A stretch of 64,000 nucleotides of DNA from Zygnema circumcarinatum SAG 698-1b. Its lineage: Eukaryota > Plantae > Zygnematophyceae. How positions within the stretch are numbered: position 1 is the first letter of the stretch; each line of letters opens with the position of its first letter. This document shows positions 13,473 to 38,902 of the stretch, piece by piece. Where the stretch lies: positions 2,790,001-2,854,000 of the forward strand of contig CM074812.1 of assembly GCA_037447605.1 (NCBI GenBank), written 5' to 3'. The notes under the pieces were generated by a model. It did not search any database. It was not told the DNA's origin and was given only the letters and a program-made list of their open reading frames with translations. Position numbers and translations under genes: made by a program.

Positions 13473-13990
13473 GCATGCCGCTAATCTCGGTCAATCAGGG
13501 TCCGTCACGTCAGACTTCGTTTTACACGTCACCGATTTTGGCCAATCAGTGACTGCCACGTTTGATTTCTTTGACACGTTGTGTCTTCTGATTGGCAAAT
13601 GCCTCCGAGGGCTTTCGCAAAAGGAAGGGCCACCGGCGGGGTCCCTGCATGCATGCCGCTGGTCTCGGCCAATCAAAGTCCGCCACGACATAATTTTACA
13701 CGTCACCAATTCCGGCCAAGTTGACTGCCACGTTTGATTTTGTTGGCACGTGGTGTCTTCTGATTGGCAAGTGCCTCCGTGGGCTTTAGGGACGCGAAGG
13801 GAAGGGAAGGGCCGCCCCTGCATGCATGCCGCTGGTCTCGTCAAATCAGGGCCGCCACGTCAGCATATTTTGACACGTCACTTATTTAGCCAATCAGAGC
13901 TTGCCACGCCAGCCTTTTTGACATATCACTGGTCTGGCCTGATCAGGGCATGCCACGTCAAATGACACGTCACTTGTTCCAACCAATCAG
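13460..13990. promoter_or_regulatory. Three ~175-bp degenerate tandem units, each with CATGCATG (RY), CCAAT-like and ACGT/G-box-like motifs, 5' of the F-box gene
   Basis: ccctgcatgcatgccgct with CATGCATG at 13470, 13648 and 13821, each followed by (c)caatca-like and cacgtca/gccacgt motifs. Confidence 0.5.
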
Positions 13991-14824
13991 GGTCTGCCAT
14001 GGCAGATATTGTTGACTCGTGGCTAACTTTGATCGGCTATCATCTTGCATTTTACATGCGAGCTTTAGCATGTGAAGGTGCCACGTGGCGACATGCAAAC
14101 CGTTGGATTTTTGTGTTCAAGAATTTTATCGTTAAATCAAGAGCCAATGACAGCCTCCATGTGTACACGTGGTGGACTTAAATGGGTAAAAATATCACGT
14201 TGCAGTAACACTAAACTTTAACTTGAACTAAAACTGCAAATGGTCAGAGACAAAAACACAAACTGCAGTTGCGATAACTGTAACTGCAACTGGGACTTCC
14301 AGTCCCACATAGAACCCGGCAAGGAGGTAGAGAGAGGGAGAGAGACAGAGGGGTAGCTGCTCTGATTGCCGTTCCGTATCCGCTCCCTCCCTCTCTCCCT
14401 CCCTTCCTCTGCCTCCTCTGCCTTTCCTTTCCTTCCTCTTCTCTTTCCTTTCCTTTCCGCAAAAGCAAAAAAAAAAATTCCTTCCTTCCTTCCTTTTCCT
14501 CCTTCACATGGTCAGATTTTCTTCCATCCTTCCTCTCCTTTTCGTCCTTCACTTACTTCCCTTTTTTAAGAAGGCCAGAAAAGAAAGAAATGGAAGGTGA
14601 TCAAATGACCTAAATGCGAACTATCACAAGTAACTTAAATTGACTTAAATTGACTTGACTAATTTGACCAAATGACTTCAAAATTCGTACCTTCATGAAA
14701 GAAATTTTCGTCCTATTTTCCTCTGTTTCCTTTATTTATTTTCTTATTCCTTAACTTTCGTCCCTTCACTTTCGTTCAAATTTCATTCAGACAGTGACCC
14801 GCCCGCCCAAGAGTCCATGGGAAN

Positions 14825-15070
14825 NNNNNNNNNGGGGGGGGCACGTGGCGGCAGGAGGAGAGGGCCACGTGGCGACAAGACGAAAGTCCACGTGGCGACA
14901 GGTGGAGGAGGCGAGGAGGCGGCAGAGGGGGCCACGTGGCGGCAGGAAAAAATGCCACGTGGCGGCAGAAGGAGGGGCCACGTGGCTGCAGGAGAAGGGG
15001 GGCAAATGCCGCGTGGCGGCTGGAGGAGGAGGCCACGTGGCGGCAGAAGGAGGCGTGCACTCGCACGTGC
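14825..15070. repeat. GC-rich tandem array of (G)CCACGTGGCGGC units (palindromic G-box core)
   Basis: About nine CACGTGGC-type copies with ~20-35 bp spacing, immediately after an N gap. Confidence 0.7.
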
Positions 15071-15439
15071 GAGACGGACGGATCTTCCGCTCCGAGCGGA
15101 TTCGGGCAGGCACTAACATAATTTTTGTCTCTCAAAAGAACTTGAAGGGGAGGGGATATCCAAGGAGGGGGGAAAGTCTCCTCGATGCGAGACTCGTGCG
15201 ATTGACCGTACACTTTGACCTATGCGGACACGATCGCTACCGTTGATCGTGAAAAAACCAAACGTCCAAGTTCTCAACCGAGGTGACCTGCCTACGTGGC
15301 GCCTACGTGTGACCCACGTGGCGTCCACTGGGATCCCACAAGGTGCTTACGTAGCTACCACGTCCGTCTTTTTTTTCCCTATTCTCTCCGCGGGTTGCCC
15401 GTTTTCGTAAGAATCGTACAGATGGTACATTTGATACAG

Positions 15440-16013
15440 TAGGGCGTGTCAGACTTAACAAAATGTTACGAATATCGAGTTTTTAGTATTACGAGAATCG
15501 AGGTTACTAAGTACTAAAAATCATCGCGCCCCCGAACCTAAACCGAACCGAACGAAAGTCAACTGTGTTAAGTCAACGGGTCAACGTTGCGAAGATTGAC
15601 CCGTTGGGTCTACTAAAAAGGGGCACTTCTTCGCACGATTTTGTTCGCACCCAAAGGAGGCGCCGAAATGGACGTGCGAAGAAAATACTGGGGAAAATCG
15701 CGTCAACGTGATGTCATGGTTGTTTTCCCGCCCGCGCCCGCGGCCCCGCGCTCGCCCGTGACGCGCAACACGACACAACGACAAGCGGTCTCCGCGCGCC
15801 GCGCCGGCTCTGTTTCTAAGTCTGAGGGCCCCGCGCGAGGGCGAAGTTGCGAAGACGGCGTTTGGAGAAGTGCGAGAGCGGAGTGCGAACAGGACCGCGC
15901 CGCGAGTGCGAAAAACTACGCTCGAGAATTTTAGTTTTACTGACGTTGACTCGAAATGTTACGAATATCGAGTTTTTAGTATTACGAGAATTTTTTAAGT
16001 CTGACGCGCCCTA
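15440..16013. mobile_element. MITE-like non-autonomous DNA transposon, 574 bp
   Basis: 19-bp terminal inverted repeats TAGGGCGTGTCAGACTTAA...TTAAGTCTGACGCGCCCTA (1 mismatch); the outer TA could be a TA target-site duplication. A 37-bp internal direct repeat lies near both ends. Confidence 0.75.
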
Positions 16014-16429
16014 GTAAAGGAAAATTTTCTAGACCACAAGGATTCGTTCGATATTGATTGATCTAATGCGACAAAAAAGCCGTTAAGAGGAGGAATGACC
16101 GTACTGTTATTTTGTCGTTTTGGGCCAGCTGGAACAACATGATTGGCTGATCGTACGATTTGGGCTGTACAGTGAAGTCTCGATCAGGAGCATCAAAGAA
16201 TGATGCTGTTCAGAAGACTGAATCGCATCGAATCGAATCGCATCTGATATGTACAAACATATATTAATCGATTTCGTATCATTTTCTGTAGAAAGAATAT
16301 TGTCGTTAGCAGCCTTTGGTCTTCTGTGAACCGTTCTTTTACAAAGCAGCCAGGTGGCATCCAGCTAGCGGACGATTCGTAAGATTTTCTCCATAGCAAC
16401 CGACAGAATATTAAGATTCGCTATTCCTT

Positions 16430-17420
16430 GGAGGTACATGGGAAGCTTGCCAGTCCACGTGTGCATTTGTCGGCTCGGCTGCCACGTGTCCTCCCTTCAT
16501 CACTCCTCCAGCCTGGCGGCATCAACTGAATGCAGCTCGGTTAACTCGTAGGTCGGCACCCTTGTACAAACCACGTCCTTCATAGGTCGGTGCCCTAGGT
16601 ATCATCAGGTCTTGGCCGCAAGCTGTCGGTTTGTCGGTGGGCTCAATATTTGATTTTCGGAGCTTCCCAGAAACCAAACGCCGCCGACCTAGTCCTATAG
16701 GCAGCCACAGTCTATATCGCCCAATGGGGGCTTGCCATGTATCCTATCGTCCCATGCCTTTACAACTCGGCCAAATACGACAAATATTGCCGCCCGGTTT
16801 ACCAGCTGGCAATCTTGGCGAATCTTTAAAAGATTTTGCCGACAAGGGACGCCAGCTGGCACCATCCCGTTGCTCGAATTTTCCAATATGGTGTGTGCCT
16901 TTGGCGACTACAGTGTGCCGTTAGCGACACAGCCTCATTTTTTTGTACTGTATATTGGAAAATCTCCAAATCTCTGCGTCAAAAAGCACCATTCAAATAT
17001 CTCCGGATAGAAGCACCTCCCACATGTAACCCGCACGTGCACTGAAGACCACGCCGGCTGGCATGAGGACAAATTGTAAGGTCAACATCTGTCATTTACT
17101 GCGATGATGTGACGGTCAAGATCTGCTCATGGCCTACGCCAGTTGTCAAATCGAAAATGCGATCGGAGCCATCCATAGGGTCCAGGAAAAACGACCTACA
17201 GCAAATGGAACCGACCTACAGTCCAATGTCATCGACCTACTTTTCAATGGCACCGACCTACTGTCTCGGTTGGCATGACGCAATTCACGACGCCTTGTAC
17301 GTCATCCTGCCGATCCGCATCAGCGGTGTTTTATGTCCTGGGTCCGCAAACGGACAGGATCAAGTTGTCGTAAAGTTCGCGCCCAACCAAATAAATACGA
17401 CAAAAATTAGCTTGTGAAAA
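16430..17420. mobile_element. Probable non-autonomous DNA element with inverted subterminal TAGGTCGG/CCGACCTA motifs
   Basis: TAGGTCGG in the left part (~16550, ~16584) and (C/T)CGACCTA in the right part (~17212, ~17232, ~17252). Related motifs at 35130-35900. Termini not defined. Confidence 0.4.
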
Positions 17421-18135
17421 TGTCAATTTCCAAATTTTCTCAATAATTTTTTTTTCACCACATATTCATGCATACTTCTGATTCGACCCTGAAATCGACA
17501 ACTGGCACGTGGCATCCATTCATTCGTGGAAAGAATCTAAAAAAAAAAAAAAATGAGGAAGAAATTTTCTCCGAAAATTATTAAAAGATTTCTTTTCGGT
17601 TCCCTCGAGTGGTAAAGGCGTGTCAAGTAGCTCTTGTCCGTACGATATATCCTTACGGCTCGGTATGCCGCTACGATACAGCCCTCCGGGTTTTCCATGG
17701 CCGACCTCCCCCCTTCCCTCCCCCCCTTCCTCGAGCTCCTCGCAGGGTTTCGGGTTTAAGGGCTGAGGCGAAAAGGATGTCGGAGGTTCAATGGCTTCAT
17801 GGTTTTAGGGTTTGAGGTCTGGATGGTGGCCTTGTAGGGCTTTGGGCCCTAAAAAACTGTGATTTTGAAGGATTAGCATTGAATACAGATATAGGGAGTG
17901 GGAGAGAGTGAGAGTGTGAGAGAGAAGGGAAGAGAGGGAAGGAGAGAGAATCTGAGAGAAAGAGGGGGAGAGAGAGTGTGTGAAAGAGAGAGTGGGAGGG
18001 AGAGAGAGTGACATACAGAGAGAGACAGAGACAGAGAGGGAGAGTGGGAGGGAGAGAGGCAGAGACCGTGAGAGAGAGACAGAGACAGACAGACAAAAAA
18101 GGAGAGACAGAAAGAAGAGATTGAAAAAGACAGAG

Positions 18136-31078
<12,943 letters not shown>

Positions 31079-31081
31079 CAG

Positions 31082-31281
31082 GTGTGCCTGGAAGCGAAGA
31101 GCGCGAACTGCGATGGCACTTTGATCCTTGTCTCGCAAAATGACACTTTTGCATGAGTATGAAGAAATGCTTCGCCAACATCAAAGCGTTCAAAGCCATG
31201 AACGGATACGCCTGCTCTGTGAAAGCCTTAAGGCCAAAGGCAGAGGTCTGTGTTCCTGCGACCAGTCAATGCGGAAACTGA
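31082..31281 (+). other. Cys-rich ORF segment just after the paralog 1 stop; has a 2-nt insertion relative to the paralog 2 copy
   Basis: VCLEAKSANCDGTLILVSQNDT/[+TT]/CMSMKKCFANIKAFKAMNGYACSVKALRPKAEVCVPATSQCGN*, collinear with 52548-52745. Confidence 0.45.
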
Positions 31282-32013
31282 AACCAGTGATGACTTCACA
31301 TAGAACTTGGAATGTAGGACTTAATATGGGAAGAAAATTGCGAAGTTGTTTTAACTTAATTCTTCAAAGTAAACAGTTGAATGGCAGGTTTGGATACACA
31401 CTGCTAGTACTTGCATTATTACTTCTCTTTTTAAACATTGGAGGTGGCTGTAGCTACAGACTTGCTTTAGCTTCACAGACATGAGATCTTGGTGCTTCAG
31501 TTTTGTTGTGAGTCTAATTTCAAGAAGACTGAATTTTTTATGACATGATAAAGACAAGTGAATTGATGCCCATTCATTTTTGAAATGGAAATTTGTGTGA
31601 GAGGGGCAAAAGGATTAGAGGCAAATTCATCTCTAACCCTCCTAAAAACATTCCAAGACTCCGCATTCCAGAAAAGATTCCTCGCAGCGATGTTGACTCG
31701 GAGCGGAGGGACTTCCGACCGCAATATCCATATCGGCCGCTCGGTCGATCTCGCCTCCATGCGCAGGTTCTGAGTCATACGATGAAGCAAGTCCGCCCCC
31801 ATACATCTCACACCTAGAAGCACACCCCTATGAACGAAGTGCTAGCACAAACATGCTATTCTAAAACTAACTATATACACTACCAATTTGGAGTGGCCTA
31901 TTGCATAATAATGGATGATGATATATTTGATCTTCGAGTAATCTAAGATGCATGGGTGGTTGCCACTCACGCATTGGAAACAAAGGCAGTAATAGTACAT
32001 TAGGAATCGCAGA

Positions 32014-32057
<44 letters not shown>

Positions 32058-32789
32058 AAGCTGGCCGATCCAACACCAGTACTTAACCCCTCTCCCTCTC
32101 CCCCCTCTCTCGCCTGCTCTAGCTCTTCCCCCTCCCTTTGTCCTCGTCCTTCTTCTGCTTGTTCTCCCCACCTCCTTTTCCCTTTGCCCCCAATCTTCCC
32201 AATCCCAGCATGGCATGGCATGGCATGGCATGGCATGGCAGCAGGATGGCATGGCTAAGGCCCCAGTGTCGGGCCTTTAGTGTTTTTTGTGTCATCGATT
32301 TGCTCCATTTTATCCCCAACCAGTCACAAGGAGCAAACGCCCCTTGTGAGAGTGTAGGACATGATACCAAAAATGAACAACAGCCTCTAGTCGCTGTTCT
32401 ATGTGCGAGTCTCGCTTCGATTTGCGACAACTGCGGTTCCATGCGGCGACGCTTGTTCTGTACCACGGCTTGAATCCAGCTCCGTGAGGTCTTGGTATCC
32501 GTACAGTTACCGCTAGTTGTGATACAGTCAACTGTACTGTAAGTCTGAAGACCGACTGCCGTACTATTTCGTACGGCACGGCAAGCTGGTAGCCGTACCA
32601 CTTGAAGACTTCTAGGAAGCTTCCTGGATGTCTCTCTCTCTCTCTAAACAATAAAGCACGAATATCAAATGCGCACTACTTCGTGTGTGTGTTTACTTAT
32701 TTATTATTATTTTCTTTTTATTTTTTTGTTGAAAGGGAAGGTCACCTGGGAAGGTCGACATGCAGCATTGCCATTGCCAAACAAACACA

Positions 32790-32822
<33 letters not shown>

Positions 32823-32832
32823 NNNNNNNNNN

Positions 32833-32868
<36 letters not shown>

Positions 32869-32900
32869 AAGAACATGAAGAACAAACTCTCAGCGCATGT

Positions 32901-34172
32901 TCAAACCACAGCTCCAATTTTCGCCTGTTGCGGTATCAAGGGCACTTTAAACTTGTCCAAAAAAGCAGCGTTCGTAGATTTAAACAAGGACCCCAACGCA
33001 TACTTCTTGTGGTCAATTCCTGCCTCCTCCAACGCCCTATACCTCTGCTTCAGCCGCTTCTCAAGGGAGAGCTGCAATATGGAAGGGTTCAGGGAGACCT
33101 CCTCCTTGCTACGGCCCAACTCAGTCAATAAGAAGTCAATCTTAGACTTAACAGTATCCCAAGAGTTGCTAAGCAGTAAGGGCTGCACATTCACCATTTT
33201 CAAAGCTAGAAGGTCTCCGAACTGCTGCTTCAGCTGCTTGTACGTGTTATCCATTGTGACCCGTGGTACTAATAATATATGTGGGTTTTTCTGCAGCACT
33301 TTCTGAGCTTTATCTGGCCCGAAAATGCCCTCCAATCCAGCCACACCATCCTTGAAGTGATGGCCCTTTCTTCTAACGATGGAGGGGAAAAGAACGAGCA
33401 CATCCTCTCCTGAATTGGAAGGGAAGACCGACCTCACAGCTTCAACTCCCTCCTTTATTGTTTCAGGACTGTATGCGAGAATGGTTGGGTGACTCTCCAG
33501 CATAGAACCTGTGACAGGGACACCTAACTCCTTCCATAGACGAGCCTTTGCCTCAAGAGTCTGCACACGGTGTCTCAAAATTCCCGGCATTCTTCCTATC
33601 ACCTTCCCTAAGTTCGTCACCTTCACAGTGTTCCGAAGAAACTCGATCACACTTTCCTGCTTCTCATCTGCAGCGAGGAGCAAATTGCTGCTGCGCTCTA
33701 AGGCGTTGAAAAAGTCGTGGGAGTTCACCCCATGGCTCTGGAAGAAAGCTGCTTTAGGAAGGATATGCTTATAGCCCCTTGTAAGGACACTCTTCTTCTT
33801 ATCAACAATGCGGTGGACATTCTGCTGCGTGCATCCTAAGCTCAGAAGAGCATCCACTGCTTCTCGGAGAGCTATTGTCGAATTTGCAGCTTTTTCCTCA
33901 GCCATGGTGGCTTTGCCTGCACTCGCTTTGTCAAGTTTTTTTCCCTCCTTGCTGTTGCTGCTACTGCTGCTGCTACTGCTGCTGCTGCTGCTGCTGCTGT
34001 ATCCATGGCGCCCTTGAAGGTCTGGATGTACCTGTAGAAATTTTATTAGATAGTTAAGTTCTGTGGACTGAATGCACGTGAGCTCTTCAAGGGATGGATG
34101 GGACCATGGTAGGCGAAACAGAGATCCTTTCCAGACGGTCCGGCGAAAAAAAGGAAGAAAGGATGCCGCCAT
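32901..34172 (-). CDS. Mitochondrial transcription termination factor (mTERF) family protein, organelle-targeted, intronless
   Basis: 437-codon ORF; likely start MAASFLPFFRR at 34172, with a transit-peptide-like N-terminus and a poly-Ser from an (AGC/AGT)n microsatellite. It has mTERF-type repeats such as VIEFLRNTVKVTNLGKVIGRMPGIL, LESHPTILAYSPETIKE and KIDFLLTELGRSKEEVSLNPSILQLSLEKRLKQRY. Confidence 0.9.
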   Translation of the reverse strand: MAASFLPFFRRTVWKGSLFRLPWSHPSLEELTCIQSTELNYLIKFLQVHPDLQGRHGYSSSSSSSSSSSSSSNSKEGKKLDKASAGKATMAEEKAANSTIALREAVDALLSLGCTQQNVHRIVDKKKSVLTRGYKHILPKAAFFQSHGVNSHDFFNALERSSNLLLAADEKQESVIEFLRNTVKVTNLGKVIGRMPGILRHRVQTLEAKARLWKELGVPVTGSMLESHPTILAYSPETIKEGVEAVRSVFPSNSGEDVLVLFPSIVRRKGHHFKDGVAGLEGIFGPDKAQKVLQKNPHILLVPRVTMDNTYKQLKQQFGDLLALKMVNVQPLLLSNSWDTVKSKIDFLLTELGRSKEEVSLNPSILQLSLEKRLKQRYRALEEAGIDHKKYALGSLFKSTNAAFLDKFKVPLIPQQAKIGAVV

Positions 34173-34249
34173 GGCGCGGGCTACTGAAGCATGCGGCCGC
34201 TGATAGAGAGTCACTTCCTCATTTCTTGCTGCACAAGGCGTCCAGCACT

Positions 34250-34345
34250 CAACCCTAATCTCTTAGACCCAACTCTGACCCTAATCCTTACCCTAATCCT
34301 TACCCTAATCCTAACCCTAACGCAAACCCTAACCCTAACCTTAAG
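34250..34345. repeat. Telomere-like (CCCTAA-type) tract just upstream of mTERF
   Basis: accctaatccttaccctaatccttaccctaatcctaaccctaacgcaaaccctaaccctaacc. Confidence 0.75.
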
Positions 34346-35049
34346 CATGAGCTTGACCTGACTCTAAAATCATTCGCCATATCTCTAATCTGCGCCCTCT
34401 CCTGCCCGATGTCATGCATTGACCTCCTGCTTAGCAATGCAAAAATGAAATCAGAAAGACATTACAGTACTGTAACCGAGACAATCCAATACACTCCTAT
34501 GCGGTATATTGTCGGCATTATTAAATGCATTATCACATTTGGCATTCCCATGGTGATATTAATGCACATTTCTCCCACATTAACACCAATTGAACTCTCA
34601 TCATTACTATCAAAGGGGAAGAAAGAGGCGCACTGAGGGATGCGAGGATGCAGGAGTGCAGGAGGTCTGGCACACTGTCCTTCCGTCATATTACATAAAA
34701 TGTAAAATGTCACAAAACATGGAACTGTTACCGTACTGTGTAAAGACGACACTCCCGCACTAAAACGGAACTAAAAACTAGAACATTAACTGGCCAAAAA
34801 TTACGCGATTGCATGGAACGGGACACACGTGCCACTCCCTTCCCGGAAAGAGATACGATATCTGGAGCGGACTTTTCGCCGTATCGTATCCGTTTTCGTA
34901 TCTAAACAGATTTGCCGTTAGCGGTCTTCTGGTCATTTGAGGGCGGTTGATGTAAAGTTAGTTTGGGTGAATTCCAGCAAACGGACAAATCTAAATCAGC
35001 ACCGAAAGAACCGCTATTTTGTTTTTTTGGCAAAGAAAGCGCGCTTAGC

Positions 35050-36130
35050 CTGATCCGGGAATCCAGTAACGAGATAGCAGCCTTAAATAGCAAATTGTCG
35101 GTTCCCGAATTTTTTGTCGTTTACGTAGTTCGGTCCTGACGAGGTCGGTGATGAGTTCGTCTATTTGCTACCATAGGTCGATGATACAGGCACCAGGTCG
35201 GTACCGTACTTTTCAATTCGGTGCGTTTGTCGGTTTCTGGGTGTTCAGCTGCACCGACAAGCTGCAACAGCCTAAAAATGAAGCAGAGACAAAAATTCGA
35301 CCAATGAAGAGGTGCCACGTGAAAATAAATCTACATTTGGCCGCCTGTCATTGGAGCCTTTTGAGACAACTGTTGTGCTTCTGGTGTATCGTCTTGGGCG
35401 GCTGCCACGTGGCAGAATCGTAGCGATTGCTTTCCAAATATGTCCACGTGGCAACCGCTGAGTGGACCCCGGATGACAGGTAAACTGACAAATGGGAACC
35501 ATTCCATATTTGGAGCACGTCAAACTTAAAAACTCGAATCATCTATATTTCTAGAAATTTTTGTTATTTACACACCTTTTCCTGCAAGATACACACCTTT
35601 TTGACTAAGAGAATACCCTAAATCAGAACGACAGAAAAAGGTGTACATCTAGTCTGAAAAGGTGTGTGAATCGCTACTTATTAAATTATTTATTCCTGGC
35701 GAAATTTTCCACGTGTCCCGCAAGGGAAACGTGACAGGCGCCGGCCGGGCAGGTCTACCCCGTAGGGCTGACAGGCTGTTGTCGTGACGTGGCTTTCGCT
35801 TGTCCGCTAGGGCAATGCTCGTTGTCCATTCAAGAATCAGATCTCCACCGACCACAGGCAAACGAAAATCAGCCTATAACCAGCTGGCACCGACCTACTA
35901 CCCTGCCGGTATCGCCATATAAATTGTCGTTTTTGAATTCACAAGCTCGGCTTTCGTCACGTCACCACTGTCCGAATAAAATTCGTCCTAGATCCGCAAA
36001 CAAACAAAATTCAATCATTCTTGAGTAAGCTAGCCGACAATAAAACCGACAAAAAATGAGCACTGAAATGTCCTTGAATTTCAGCACAACTCGAGCAATG
36101 TTGTCGTTTTCCCACGTGGCGTACATTCAT
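35050..36130. mobile_element. Probable non-autonomous DNA element related to 16430-17420 (AGGTCGG...CCGACCTA; G-box-rich)
   Basis: gaggtcgg, taggtcga and caggtcgg at 35130-35205; accgacctac at ~35890. Termini not defined. Confidence 0.35.
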
Positions 36131-36560
36131 TCGTTGAAAAATCACACCAATCTTCACAAAATGACAAATGAAAGATTTCGGATCTTCGGCTCTCCATGGC
36201 AGACCACCTCCTCGCAGGAGTTGGGGTCGAGGGTGTCAAAGGATGTCGGAGTGTCAACGGGTTCAGGGTTTTAGGGTTTGAGGTCTGCATGGTGGCCTTT
36301 TAGGGCTTTGGCCCTAAAATCCAGTGATATTGACGTCTTAAAGAGGGAGAGAGTGAAAGAGCGACAAAGTGGGAGGGAGGGAGGGAGGGCGGGAGGCAGG
36401 GAGGGAGGTAGGGAGGGAGGGAGGCAGGTAGGGAGTTAGGAAGAGAGGGAGGGGGAGAGAGAGCGAGAGAAAGAGAGATAGATGAGAGCCTGAGAGAGAC
36501 ACAGAGACAAAGAGACACACATCGAGAAAGACAGGAAGAGAGACAGTGAGAGCGACAGAG

Positions 36561-38866
36561 ATGGCGCCTCGACGGAGCCTCCCTCTCCCCCCCCTCCTCC
36601 CCCTCCTCTCCCTCCTCCTCTCCCTCTCCCTCCTCTCCCTCCCCTCTCCCGCCGCCTCCCTCCCCCGCTCGGAGCTTCTCCCGTCCGGCCCCTCCTTCGG
36701 CGACAAGGCGCTCCCTCCCCTGGACGAGGGCTCGAGTGGCGCTTTGTACCTGCCGGCGCCGATGTCGTTCTTTGGGTACAACGCCACGAGGCTCTTCGTC
36801 AACAACGACGGATACATATCCTTCATGTCAGCCTCCCTCCCTCCCTTCCCCTCCCTCCCTTCACCTCCCTCCCTTCCCCTTCGTCCCTCCCCCTCCCTCC
36901 CTTCCATTCCCTCCCTTCCCCTTTTTTACCCTCCCTTCCCCTCCCTCCCTTCACCTCCCTCCCTTCCCCTTCGTCCCTCCCCCTCCCTCCCTTCCATTCC
37001 CTCCCTTCCCCTTTTTCCCCTCCCTTCCCCCCCCTTCCCCTCCCCCCCCTCCCACCCTTCCTCTCCCTCCCGTCCTCTCCCTCCCTTCCCCTCCCTCCCT
37101 TCACCTCCCTCCCTTCCCCTTCGTCCCTCCCCCTCCCTCCCTTCCATTCCCTCCCTTCCCCTTTTTCCCCTCCCTCCCTCCCTTCCCTCCCTCCTTCCCT
37201 CCCTTCCTCTCCCTCCCTTCCCTCCCTCCCTTCACCTCCTCCTTCCCTCCCTCACTTCCCCTCCCTCCTTCCCTTCCCCTCCTTCCCCTACCTTCCTTCC
37301 CTACCTCCCTTCCCTCCCTCCCTTCCCTCCCTCCTTCCCTCCCTCCTTTCCCTACCTCCCTTCCCTCCCTCCCTTCACCTCCCTCCCTTCCTCTCCCTCC
37401 TTCCCTCCTCCCTCCCTCCTTCCTTCCCTCCCTCCCTTCCCTCCCTCCTTCCTCTCCCTCCTTCCCCACCCTCCCTTCCCTCCTCCCTCCCTCCTTCCTC
37501 TCCCTCCTTCCCTCCCTCCTTCCTTCCCTCCTCCTCCTCCTCCTCCTCCTCCTCCTCCTCTCCCTCTCCCTCCTCTCCCTCCCTCCCTTCCCCTCTCCCT
37601 TCCCTCCCTCCCTTCCCTCCCTCCTTCCTTCCCCTCCCTTCCCTGCCTCCCTTTCCCTACCTCCCTTCCCCTCCCTCCCTTCCCCTACCTTCCTTCCCCT
37701 CCCTCCCTCCCACTTGTTCACTCTCTGCCCCCTTTTGCTTTTCTATACTCTCTTGCTTGTTTTCTTCGCCAGTTTTTTCTCTCCTCTCACTCTCTTTCGG
37801 TCTCGCTCCCTCTCTACCCTAGAGTCTCTCCCTCTAGCTCTCCCCCCTTCCTTTGTCCTCGGCCCGCTTCTGCTCGCTCCCCACCTGTTCCCTCTCCGCC
37901 CAATCTCACTTGCTCCCTCTCCCTTTCCTTCCTACCTTGCTCCCTCTCTCTACCCCTCTTCTCTCGCCCCCATATCTCTTTTGCTCCCTGTCTATCTCCC
38001 CCTCCCTGGCTAACTTTCTCCCCCCCATTTCTCTCTCCTTTCCTGTACTTCTCGCTCGCTCTTTATCCCACCCTCTCTTGCTTTCACCCCCCTCGGACTT
38101 TCTCTCCTCAGCCTTTTCCCACTCATCCCCGCTCGCGCTCTCTCTCTGTCTCTCTCTCTCTCTCTCTCCCTCTCTCTCTCTCTTTCTCTCTCTCCCCTCT
38201 CCCTCTCCCTCTCTATCTCTCCCCCTCTTCCTCTCTCTCTCTATCTCGCTCTCTTGATTTTCGCCCTCACTTTCTTGGCCTCCCTCCCTCCCTCCTCCCT
38301 CTCTCACCCTAACCCTAACCCGAACCCTAAGTGCGTTACTTTTCCTGAAATTGAAAGTGGTCGGAAATTTATTTTGTTGTATGCAGGGAGTTCAATTCAT
38401 GGAGCCCGGTGCTGTTTCCTGTATGGGCTCCAATGATCGCCGGATTGTGGTCTGACATAGGTAAAGAGAGGGACGATGTTGATCCCCTTCAGTAGCAGCA
38501 ACATTTGTTAAGTAGATCTATGCAAGAATTGATCCTATTGCTGCATTTCTTGCACTACATGAGTTGCTTGGATGTTATTTTGCTCATATCTTGAAATCAA
38601 GATGTATGCTCGGCACTGTCTCTCTTGCTGTTGCGCTACTCTCTCTCTCTTCTTTCTCTCTCTCTCTCTCTATTCTCTCTCTCTTCTTTCTCTTTCCCTC
38701 TCTTTCTTTCTCTCTCTCTCTTCTTTCTCTCCCTCTCTCTATTCTCTCTCTCTTCTTTCTCTTTCTCTCTCTCTCTCTTCTTTCTCTCTCTCTCTTCTTT
38801 CCCTCTCTCTTTCTCTCTCTCTCTCGCTCTCTCTCTTCTTTCTCTCTCTCTCACTCTTCTCTCTCA

Positions 38867-38902
<36 letters not shown>

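Noticed and set aside
31497-32651. Protein-like frames at 31497-31823 and 32119-32651
   Set aside because: Several overlapping frames look equally plausible, with no recognisable motif, start context or splice chain. A decayed gene fragment cannot be excluded.
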